Part shown: positions 1 through 14,530 of the stretch, in pieces
How the letters are laid out: the number at the start of each line of letters is the position of its first letter
Numbering within the stretch: the first letter of the stretch is position 1
Source: the human T2T-CHM13v2.0 reference genome, Homo sapiens
DNA: 64,000 nt
Reading direction: 5' to 3' (one strand)
NCBI RefSeq assembly: GCF_009914755.1
Contig: NC_060937.1
Notes under the pieces: model-generated
Told to the model about the DNA's origin: nothing
What the model saw: the letters and a program-made list of their open reading frames with translations, nothing else
The model's database searches: none
Position numbers and translations under genes: made by a program

Positions 1-3000
1 ATATATATTATATACTCTATATGAAATATCAAAGTTCACAAACTATATATTATATACTGTACATAAAATATCAAAGTACCCAAGGTATATATTCTATACT
101 GTACAAAAAATATCAAGGTACACAAAGCATGTATTATATACTGTACATAAAATATGAAAGTACATCAAATATATATTTTATTCTGTACATAAAACATCAA
201 AGTACACCAGATATATATTCTATAGTGTACATAAAATATAAAAGTACCCAAACTATACATTATATACTGTACATAAAATATGAAATTATATCAAATATAT
301 ATTATATTAGGTACATAATATATGAAAGTACATCAAATATAGATTATATACTGTACATAAAATATCAAAGTACCCCAAATATATATTATATACTCTACAT
401 GAAATCTCAAAGTTCACAAACTATATATTATATACTGTACATAAAATATCAAAGTACCCAAGGTATATATTCTATAGTGTACAAAAAATATCAAAATACC
501 CAAAGCATGTATTATGTACTGTACATAAAATATGAAAGTACATCAAATATGTATTTTATTCTCTACATAAAATATCAAAGTACACCAGATATATATTCTA
601 TAGTGTACATAAAATATCAAAGTACCCAAACTATACATTATATACTGTACATAAAATATGAAATTACATCAAATATATTTTATATTAGGTACATAAAATA
701 TGAAAGTACATCAAATATAGATTATATACTGTACATTAAATACCAAAGTACCCCAAATATATATTTTATACTGTACATGAAATATCAGAGTTCACAAACT
801 ATATATTATATACTGTACATATAATATCAAAGTACCCAAGGTATATATTCTATACTGTACAAAAAATAACAAAGTACCAAAAGCATGTATTATATACTGT
901 ACCTAAAATATGAAAATACATCAAATATATATTTTATTCTGTACAGAAAATATCAAAGTACACCAGATATATATTCTATAGTGTACATAAAATATCAAAG
1001 TACCCAAACTATACATTATATACTGTAAATATAATATGAAATTACATCAAATATATTTTATATTAGGTACATAAAATATGAAAGTACATCAAATATAGAT
1101 TATATACTGTACATTAAATACCAAAGTACCCCAAATATATATTTTATACTGTACATGAAATATCAAAATACACAAACTATATATTATATACTGTACATAA
1201 AATATCAAACTACCCAAGGTATATATTCTATACTGTACAAAAAATAACAAAGTACCAAAAGCATGTATAATATACTGTACATAAAATATGAAAGTACATC
1301 AAATATATATTTTATTCTGTACATAAAATATCAAAGTACACCAGATATATATTCTATAGTGTACATAAAATATCAAAGTACCCAAACTATACATTATATA
1401 CTGTACATAAAATATGAAATTACATCAAATATATTTTATATTAGGTACATAAAATATGAAAGTACATCAAATATAGATTATATACTGTACATTAAATACC
1501 AAATTACCCCAAATATATATTTTATACTGTACATGAAATATCAAAATACACTATATATTTTATACTGTACATAAAATATCAAAGTACCCAAGGTATATAT
1601 TCTATACTGTACAAAAAATAACAAATTACCAAAAGCATGTATAATATACTGTACATAAAATATGAAAGTACATCAAATATATATTTTATTCTGTACATAA
1701 AATATCAAAGTACACCAGATATATATTCTATAGTGTACATAAAATATCAAAGTACCCAAACTATACATTATATACTGTAAATAAAATATGAAATTACATC
1801 AAATATATTTTATATTAGGTACATAAAATATGAAAGTACATCAAATATATATTTTATTCTGTACATAAAATATCAAAGTACACCAGATATGTATTCTATA
1901 GTGTACATAAAATATAAAAGTACCCAAACTATACATTATATACTGTACATAAAATATGAAATTATATCAAATATATATTATATTAGGTACATAATATATG
2001 AAAGTACATCAAATATAGATTATATACTGTACATAAAATATCAAAGTACCCCAAATATATATTATATACTCTACATGAAATATCAAAGTTCACAAACTAT
2101 ATATTATATACTGTACATAAAATATCAAAGTACCCAAGGTATATATTCTATACTGTACAAAAAATATCAAAATACCCAAAGCATGTATTATATACTGTAC
2201 ATAAAATATGAAAGTACATCAAATATATATTTTATTCTGTACATAAAATATCAAAGTACACCAGATATATATTCTATAGTGTACATAAAATATCAAAGTA
2301 CCGAAACTATACATTATATACTGTACATAAAATATGAAATTACATCAAATATATTTTATATTAGGTACATAAAATATGAAAGTACATCAAATATAGATTA
2401 TATACTGTACATTAAATACCAAAGTACCCCAAATATATATTTTATACTGTACATGAAATATCAGAGTTCACAAACTATATATTATATACTGTACATATAA
2501 TATCAAAGAACCCAAGGTATATATTCTATACTGTCCAAAAAATAACAAAGTACCAAAAGCATGTATTATATACTGTACCTAAAATATGAAAATACATCAA
2601 ATATATATTTTATTCTGTACATAAAATATCAAAGTACACCAGATATATATTCTATAGTGTACATAAAATATCAAAGTACCCAAGCTATACATTACATACT
2701 GTACATAAAATATGAAATTACATCAAATATATATTATATTAGGTACATAAAATATGAAAGTACATGAAATATAGATTATATACTGTACATAAAATATCAA
2801 GGTACCACAAATATATATTATATACTCTACATGAAATATCAAAGTTCACAAACTATATATTATATACTGTACATATAATATCAAAGTACCCAAGGTATAT
2901 ATTCTATACTGTACAAAAAATAACAAAGTACCAAAAGCATGTATTATATACTGTACCTAAAATATGAAAGTACATCAAATATGTATTTTATTCTGTACAT

Positions 3001-6000
3001 AAAATATCAAAGTACACCAGATATATATTCTATAGTGTACATAAAATATCAAAGTACCCAAACTATACATTATATCCTGTACATAAAATATGAAATTACA
3101 TCAAATATATATTATATTAGGTACATAAAATATGAAAGTACATGAAATATAGATTATATACTGTACATAAAATATCAAGGTACGCCAAATATATATTATA
3201 TACTCTACATGAAATATCAAAGTTCTCATACTATATATTATATACTGTACATAAAATATCAAAGTACCCAAGGTATATATTCTATACTGTACAAAAAATA
3301 ACAAAGTACCAAAAGCATGTATAATATACTGTACATAAAATATGAAAGTACATCAAATATATATTTTATTCTGTACATAAAATATCAAAGTACACCAGAT
3401 ATATATTCTATAGTGTACATAAAATATCAAAGTACCCAAACTATACATTATATACTGTAAATAAAATATGAAATTACATCAAATATATTTTATATTAGGT
3501 ACATAAAATATGAAATTACATCAAATATATATTTTATTCTGTACATAAAATATCAAACTACACCAGATATGTATTCTATAGTGTACATAAAATATCAAAG
3601 TACCCAAACTATACATTATATACTGTACATAAAATATGAAATTACATCAAATATATTTTATATTAGGTACATAAAATATGAAAGTACATCAAATATAGAT
3701 TATATACTGTACATTAAATACCAAAGTACCCCAAATATATATTTTATACTGTACATGAAATATCAAAGTTCACAAACTATATATTATATACTGTACATAT
3801 AATATCAAAGTACCCAAGGTATATATTCTATACTGTACAAAAAATAACAAAGTACCAAAAGCATGTATTATATACTGTACCTAAAATATGAAAGTACATC
3901 AAATATATATTTTATTCTGTACATAAAATATCAAAGTACACCAGATATATATTCTATAGTGTACATAAAATATCAAAGTACCCAAACTATACATTATATA
4001 CTGTAAATAAAATATGAAATTACATCAAATATATTTTATATTAGGTACATAAAACATGAAAGTACATCAAATATAGATTATATACTGTACATTAAATACC
4101 AAAGTACCCCAAATATATATTTTATACTGTACATGAAATATCAAAATACACAAACTATATATTATATACTGTACATAAAATAACAAAGTACCCAAGGTAT
4201 ATATTCTATACTGTACAAAAAATAACAAAGTACCAAAAGCATGTATAATATACTGTACATAAAATATGAAAGTACATCAAATATATATTTTATTCTGTAC
4301 ATAAAATATCAAAGTACACCAGATATATATTCTATAGTGTACATAAAATATCAAAGTACCCAAACTATACATTATATACTGTACATAAAATATGAAATTA
4401 CATCAAATATATTTTATATTAGGTACATAAAATATGAAAGTACATCAAATATAGATTATATACTGTACATTAAATACCAAAGTACCCCAAATGTATATTT
4501 TATACTGTACATGAAATATCAAAGTTCACAAACTATATATTATATACTGTACATAAAATATCAAAGTACCCAAGGTATATATTCTATACTGTACAAAAAA
4601 TAACAAAGTACCAAAAGCATGTATTATATACTGTACATAAAATATGAAAGTACATCAAATATATATTTTATTCTGTACATAAAACATCAAAGTACACCAG
4701 ATATATATTCTATAGTGTACATAAAATATCAAAGTACCCAAACTATACATTATATAGTGTACATAAAATATGAAATTATATCAAATATATATTATATTAG
4801 GTACATAATATATGAAAGTACATCAAATATAGATTATATACTGTACATAAAATATCAAAGTACCCCAAATATAAATTATATACTCTACATGAAATATCAA
4901 AGTTCACAAACTATATATTATATACTGTACAAAAATATCAAAGTACCCAAGGTATATATTCTATACTGTACAAAAAATATCAAAATACCCAAAGCATGTA
5001 TTATATACTGAACATAAAATATGAAAGTACATCAAATATATATTTTATCCTCTACATAAAATATCAAAGTACACCAGATATATATTCTATAGTGTACATA
5101 AAATATCAAAGTACCCAAACTATACATTATATACTGTACATAAAATATGAAATTACATCAAATATATTTTATATTAGGTACATAAAATATGAAAGTACAT
5201 CAAATATAGATTATATACTGTACATTAAATACCAAAGTACCCCAAATATATATTTTATACTGTACATGAAATATCAGAGTTCACAAACTATATATTATAT
5301 ACTGTACATATAATATCAAAGTACCCAAGGTATATATTCTATACTGTACAAAAAATAACAAAGTACCAAAAGCATGTATTATATACTGTACCTAAAATAT
5401 GAAAATACATCAAATATATATTTTATTCTGTACATAAAATAACAAAGTACACCAGATATAAATTCTATAGTGTACATAAAATATCAAAGTACCCAAACTA
5501 TACATTACATACTGTACATAAAATATGAAATTACATCAAATATATATTATATTAGGTACATAAAATATGAAAGTACATGAAATATAGATTATATACTGTA
5601 CATAAAATATCAAGGTACCCCAAATATATATTATATACTCTACATGAAATATCAAAGTTCACAAACTATATATTATATACTGTACATATAATATCAAAGT
5701 ACCCAAGGTATATATTCTATACTGTACAAAAAATAACAAAGTACCAAAAGCATGTATAATATACTGTACCTAAAATATGAAAGTACATCAAATATATATT
5801 TTATTCTGTACATAAAATATCAAAGTACACCAGATATATATTCTATAGTGTACATAAAATATCAAAGTACCCAAACTATACATTATATACTGTAAATAAA
5901 GTATGAAATTACATCAAATATATTTTATATTAGGTACATAAAATATGAAAGTACATCAAATATAGATTATATACAGTACATTAAATACCAAAGTACCCCA

Positions 6001-7699
6001 AATATATATTTTATACTGTACATGAAATATCAAAATACACAAACTATATATTATATACTGTACATAAAATATCAAAGTACCCAAGGTATATATTCTATAC
6101 TGTACAAAAAATAACAAAGTACCAAAAGCATGTATAATATACTGTACATAAAATATGAAAGTACATCAAATATATATTTTATTCTGTACATAAAATATCA
6201 AAGTACACCAGATATATATTCTATAGTGTACATAAAATATCAAAGTACCCAAACTATACATTATATACTGTACATAAAATATGAAATTACATCAAATATA
6301 TTTTATATTAGGTACATAAAATATGAAAGTACATCAAATATAGATTATATACTGTACATTAAATACCAAAGTACCCCAATATATATTTTATACTGTACAT
6401 GAAATATCAAAATACATAACTATATATTATATACTGTACATAAAATATCAAAGTACCCAAGGTATATATTCTATACTGTACAAAAAATAACAAAGTACCA
6501 AAAGCATGTATAATATACTGTACATAAAATATGAAAGTACATCAAATATATATTTTATTCTGTACATAAAATATCAAAGTACACCAGATATATATTCTAT
6601 AGTGTACATAAAATATCAAAGTACCCAAACTATACATTATATACTGTACATAAAATATGAAATTACATCAAATATATTTTATATTAGGTACATAAAATAT
6701 GAAATTACATCAAATATATATTTTATTCTGTACATAAAATATCAAACTACACCAGATATATATTCTATAGTGTACATAAAATATCAAAGTACCCAAACTA
6801 TACATTATATACTGTACATAAAATATGAAATTACATCAAATATATTTTATATTAGGTACATAAAATATGAAAGTACATCAAATATAGATTATATACTGTA
6901 CATTAAATACCAAAGTACCCCAAATATATATTTTATACTGTACATGAAATATCAAAGTTCACAAACTATATATTATATACTGTACATATAATATCAAAGT
7001 ACCCAAGGTATATATTCTATACTGTACAAAAAATAACAAAGTACCAAAAGCATGTATTATATACTGTACCTAAAATATGAAAGTACATCAAATATATATT
7101 TTATTCTGTACATAAAATATCAAAGTACACCAGATATATATTCTATAGTGTACATAAAATATCAAAGTACCCAAACTATACATTATATACTGTACATAAA
7201 ATATGAAATTACATCAAATATATTTTATATTAGGTACATAAAACATGAAAGTACATCAAATATAGATTATATACTGTACATTAAATACCAAAGTACCCCA
7301 AATATATATTTTATACTGTACATGAAATATCAAAGTTCACAAACTATATATTATATACTGTACATATAATATCAAAGTACCCAAGGTATATATTCTATAC
7401 TGTACAAAAAATAACAAAGTACCAAAAGCATGTATTATATACTGTACCTAAAATATGAAAGTACATCAAATATATATTTTATTCTGTACATATAATATCA
7501 AAGTACACCAGATATATATTCTATAGTGTACATAAAATATCAAAGTACCCAAACTATACATTATATACTGTACATAAAATATGAAATTACATCAAATATA
7601 TATTATATTAGGTACATAAAATATGAAAGTACATGAAATATAGATTATATACTGTAAATAAAATATCAAGGTACCCCAAATATATATTATATACTCTAC

Positions 7700-10600
7700 A
7701 TGAAATATCAAAGTTCACAAACTATATATTATATACTGTACATAAAATATCAAAGTACCCAAGGTATATATTCTATACTGTACAAAAAATAACAAAGTAC
7801 CAAAAGCATGTATAATATACTGTACATAAAATATGAAAGTACATCAAATATATATTTTATTCTGTACATAAAATATCAAAGTACACCAGATATATATTCT
7901 ATAGTGTACATAAAATATCAAAGTACCCAAACTATACATTATATACTGTAAATAAAATATGAAATTACATCAAATATATTTTATATTAGGTACATAAAAT
8001 ATGAAAGTACATCAAATATATATTTTATTCTGTACATAAAATATCAAAGTACACCAGATATGTATTCTATAGTGTACATAAAATATAAAAGTACCCAAAC
8101 TATACATTATATACTGTACATAAAATATGAAATTATATCAAATATATATTATATTAGGTACATAATATATGAAAGTACATCAAATATAGATTATATACTG
8201 TGCATAAAATATCAAAGTACCCCAAATATATATTATATACTCTACATGAAATATCAAAGTTCACAAACTATATATTATATACTGTACATAAAATATCAAA
8301 GTACCCAAGGTATATATTCTATACTGTACAAAAAATATCAAAATACCCAAAGCATGTATTATATACTGTACATAAAACATGAAAGTACATCAAATATATA
8401 TTTTATTCTGTACATAAAATATCAAAGTACACCAGATATATATTCTATAGTGTACATAAAATATCAAAGTACCGAAACTATACATTATATACTGTACATA
8501 AAATATGAAATTACATCAAATATATTTTATATTAGGTACATAAAATATGAAAGTACATCAAATATAGATTATATACTGTACATTAAATACCAAAGTACCC
8601 CAAATATATATTTTATGCTGTACATGAAATATCAGAGTTCACAAACTATATATTATATACTGTACATATAATATCAAAGAACCCAAGGTATATATTCTAT
8701 ACTGTACAAAAAATAACAAAGTACCAAAAGCATGTATTATATACTGTACCTAAAATATGAAAATACATCAAATATATATTTTATTCTGTACATAAAATAT
8801 CAAAGTACACCAGATATATATTCTATAGTGTACATAAAATATCAAAGTACCCAAGCTATACATTACATACTGTACATAAAATATGAAATTACATCAAATA
8901 TATATTATATTAGGTACATAAAATATGAAAGTACATGAAATATAGATTATATACTGTACATAAAATATCAAGGTACGCCAAATATATATTATATACTCTA
9001 CATGAAATATCAAAGTTCTCAAACTATATATTATATACTGTACATAAAATATCAAAGTACCCAAGGTATATATTCTATACTGTACAAAAAATAACAAAGT
9101 ACCAAAAGCATGTATAATATACTGTACATAAAATATGAAAGTACATCAAATATATATTTTATTCTGTACATAAAATATCAAAGTACACCAGATATATATT
9201 CTATAGTGTACATAAAATATCAAAGTACCCAAACTATACATTATATACTGTAAATAAAATATGAAATTACATCAAATATATTTTATATTAGGTACATAAA
9301 ATATGAAAGTACATCAAATATATATTTTATTCTGTACATAAAATATCAAACTACACCAGATATATATTCTATAGTGTACATAAAATATGAAAGTACCCAA
9401 ACTATACATTATATCCTGTACATAAAATATGAAATTACATCAAATATATATTATAATAGGTACATAAAATATGAAAGTACATGAAATATAGATTATATAC
9501 TGTACATAAAATATCAAGGTACGCCAAATATATATTATATACTCTACATGAAATATCAAAGTTCTCAAACTATATATTATATACTGTACATAAAATATCA
9601 AAGTACCCAAGGTATATATTTTATACTGTACAAAAAATAACAAAGTACCAAAAGCATGTATAATATACTGTACATAAAATATAAAAGTACATCAAATATA
9701 TATTTTATTCTGTACATAAAATATCAAAGTACACCAGATATATATTCTATACTGTACATAAAATATCAAAGTACCCAAACTATACATTATATACTGTAAA
9801 TAAAATATGAAATTACATCAAATATATTTTATATTAGGTACATAAAATATGAAAGTACATCAAATATATATTTTATTCTGTACATAAAATATCAAACTAC
9901 ACCAGATATATATTCTATAGTGTACATAAAATATCAAAGTACCCAAACTATACATTATATACTGTACATAAAATATGAAATTACATCAAATATATTTTAT
10001 ATTAGGTACATAAAATATGAAAGTACATCAAATATAGATTATATACTGTACATTAAATACCAAAGTACCCCAAATATATATTTTATACTGTACATGAAAT
10101 ATCAAAGTTCACAAACTATATATTATATACTGTACATATAATATCAAAGTACCCAAGGTATATATTCTATACTGTACAAAAAATAACAAAGTACCAAAAG
10201 CATGTATTATATACTGTACCTAAAATATGAAAGTACATCAAATATATATTTTATTCTGTACATAAAATATCAAAGTACACCAGATATATATTCTATAGTG
10301 TACATAAAATATCAAAGTACCCAAACTATACATTATATACTGTACATAAAATATGAAATTACATCAAATATATATTATATTAGGTACATAAAATATGAAA
10401 GTACATGAAATATAGATTATATACTGTACATAAAATAGCAAGGTACCCCAAATATATATTATATACTCTACATGAAATATCAAAGTTCACAAACTATATA
10501 TTATATACTGTACATAAAATATCAAAGTACCCAAGGTATATATTCTATACTGTACAAAAAATAACAAAGTACCAAAAGCATGTATAATATACTGTACATA

Positions 10601-13340
10601 AAATATGAAAGTACATCAAATATATATTTTATTCTGTACATAAAATATCAAAGTACACCAGATATATATTCTATAGTGTACATAAAATATCAAAGTACCC
10701 AAACTATACATTATATACTGTAAATAAAATATGAAATTACATCAAATATATTTTATATTAGGTACATAAAATATGAAAGTACATCAAATATATATTTTAT
10801 TCTGTACATAAAATATCAAAGTACACCAGATATGTATTCTATAGTGTACATAAAATATAAAAGTACCCAAACTATACATTATATACTGTACATAAAATAT
10901 GAAATTATATCAAATATATATTATATTAGGTACATAATATATGAAAGTACATCAAATATAGATTATATACTGTGCATAAAATATCAAAGTACCCCAAATA
11001 TATATTATATACTCTACATGAAATATCAAAGTTCACAAACTATATATTATATACTGTACATAAAATATCAAAGTACCCAAGGTATATATTCTATACTGTA
11101 CAAAAAATATCAAAATACCCAAAGCATGTATTATATACTGTACATAAAACATGAAAGTACATCAAATATATATTTTATTCTGTACATAAAATATCAAAGT
11201 ACACCAGATATATATTCTATAGTGTACATAAAATATCAAAGTACCGAAACTATACATTATATACTGTACATAAAATATGAAATTACATCAAATATATTTT
11301 ATATTAGGTACATAAAATATGAAAGTACATCAAATATAGATTATATACTGTACATTAAATACCAAAGTACCCCAAATATATATTTTATGCTGTACATGAA
11401 ATATCAGAGTTCACAAACTATATATTATATACTGTACATATAATATCAAAGAACCCAAGGTATATATTCTATACTGTACAAAAAATAACAAAGTACCAAA
11501 AGCATGTATTATATACTGTACCTAAAATATGAAAATACATCAAATATATATTTTATTCTGTACATAAAATATCAAAGTACACCAGATATATATTCTATAG
11601 TGTACATAAAATATCAAAGTACCCAAGCTATACATTACATACTGTACATAAAATATGAAATTACATCAAATATATATTATATTAGGTACATAAAATATGA
11701 AAGTACATGAAATATAGATTATATACTGTACATAAAATATCAAGGTACGCCAAATATATATTATATACTCTACATGAAATATCAAAGTTCTCAAACTATA
11801 TATTATATACTGTACATAAAATATCAAAGTACCCAAGGTATATATTCTATACTGTACAAAAAATAACAAAGTACCAAAAGCATGTATAATATACTGTACA
11901 TAAAATATGAAAGTACATCAAATATATATTTTATTCTGTACATAAAATATCAAAGTACACCAGATATATATTCTATAGTGTACATAAAATATCAAAGTAC
12001 CCAAACTATACATTATATACTGTAAATAAAATATGAAATTACATCAAATATATTTTATATTAGGTACATAAAATATGAAAGTACATCAAATATATATTTT
12101 ATTCTGTACATAAAATATCAAACTACACCAGATATATATTCTATAGTGTACATAAAATATGAAAGTACCCAAACTATACATTATATCCTGTACATAAAAT
12201 ATGAAATTACATCAAATATATATTATATTAGGTACATAAAATATGAAAGTACATGAAATATAGATTATATACTGTACATAAAATATCAAGGTACGCCAAA
12301 TATATATTATATACTCTACATGAAATATCAAAGTTCTCAAACTATATATTATATACTGTACATAAAATATCAAAGTACCCAAGGTATATATTTTATACTG
12401 TACAAAAAATAACAAAGTACCAAAAGCATGTATAATATACTGTACATAAAATATAAAAGTACATCAAATATATATTTTATTCTGTACATAAAATATCAAA
12501 GTACACCAGATATATATTCTATACTGTACATAAAATATCAAAGTACCCAAACTATACATTATATACTGTAAATAAAATATGAAATTACATCAAATATATT
12601 TTATATTAGGTACATAAAATATGAAAGTACATCAAATATATATTTTATTCTGTACATAAAATATCAAACTACACCAGATATATATTCTATAGTGTACATA
12701 AAATATCAAAGTACCCAAACTATACATTATATACTGTACATAAAATATGAAATTACATCAAATATATTTTATATTAGGTACATAAAATATGAAAGTACAT
12801 CAAATATAGATTATATACTGTACATTAAATACCAAAGTACCCCAAATATATATTTTATACTGTACATGAAATATCAAAGTTCACAAACTATATATTATAT
12901 ACTGTACATATAATATCAAAGTACCCAAGGTATATATTCTATACTGTACAAAAAATAACAAAGTACCAAAAGCATGTATTATATACTGTACCTAAAATAT
13001 GAAAGTACATCAAATATATATTTTATTCTGTACATAAAATATCAAAGTACACCAGATATATATTCTATAGTGTACATAAAATATCAAAGTACCCAAACTA
13101 TACATTATATACTGTACATAAAATATGAAATTACATCAAATATATATTATATTAGGTACATAAAATATGAAAGTACATGAAATATAGATTATATACTGTA
13201 CATAAAATAGCAAGGTACCCCAAATATATATTATATACTCTACATGAAATATCAAAGTTCACAAACTATATATTATATACTGTACATAAAATATCAAAGT
13301 ACCCAAGGTATATATTCTATACTGTACAAAAAATAACAAA
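7700..13340. repeat. Tandem duplication, 2 x 2772 bp (66 monomers = 6x378 + 3x168)
   Basis: Identical ORF-track entries are offset by exactly 2772 (8060/10832, 8732/11504, 9920/12692, 10202/12974). Shared rare variants include tgtgcata, aaaacatgaa, ttatgctg and aaatagcaagg. Confidence 0.9.
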
Positions 13341-14530
13341 GTAGCAAAAGCATGTATAATATACTGTACATAAAATATGAAAGTACAACAAATATATATT
13401 TTATTCTGTACATAAAATATCAAAGTACACCCGATATATATTCTATAGTGTACATAAAATATCAAAGTACCCAAACTATACATTATATACTGTAAATAAA
13501 ATATGAAATTACATCAAATATATTTTATATTAGGTACATAAAATATGAAAGTACATCAAATATATATTTTATTCTGTACATAAAATATCAAACTACACCA
13601 GATATATATTCTATAGTGTACATAAAATATGAAAGTACCCAAACTATACATTATATCCTGTACATAAAATATGAAATTACATCAAATATATATTATATTA
13701 GGTACATAAAATATGAAAGTACATGAAATATAGATTATATACTGTACATAAAATATCAAGGTACGCCAAATATATATTATATACTCTACATGAAATATCA
13801 AAGTTCTCAAACTATATATTATATACTGTACATAAAATATCAAAGTACCCAAGGTATATATTTTATACTGTACAAAAAATAACAAAGTACCAAAAGCATG
13901 TATAATATACTGTACATAAAATATAAAAGTACATCAAATATATATTTTATTCTGTACATAAAATATCAAAGTACACCAGATATATATTCTATACTGTACA
14001 TAAAATATCAAAGTACCCAAACTATACATTATATACTGTAAATAAAATATGAAATTACATCAAATATATTTTATATTAGGTACATAAAATATGAAAGTAC
14101 ATCAAATATATATTTTATTCTGTACATAAAATATCAAACTACACCAGATATATATTCTATAGTGTACATAAAATATCAAAGTACCCAAACTATACATTAT
14201 ATACTGTACATAAAATATGAAATTACATCAAATATATTTTATATTAGGTACATAAAATATGAAAGTACATCAAATATAGATTATATACTGTACATTAAAT
14301 ACCAAAGTACCCCAAATATATATTTTATACTGTACATGAAATATCAAAGTTCACAAACTATATATTATATACTGTACATATAATATCAAAGTACCCAAGG
14401 TATATATTCTATACTGTACAAAAAATAACAAAGTACCAAAAGCATGTATTATATACTGTACCTAAAATATGAAAGTACAACAAATATATATTTTATTCTG
14501 TACATAAAATATCAAAGTACACCCGATATA
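12000..14530. repeat. Tandem duplication with 1470-bp offset (35 monomers); second copy lacks one 378-bp unit
   Basis: ORF pairs 12212/13682, 12253/13723 and 12692/14162 are offset by 1470. At 14461-14480 the markers cctaaaa and gtacaacaaa, which are one 378-bp unit further apart in the first copy (12991, 13383), are fused in one unit. Confidence 0.8.
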
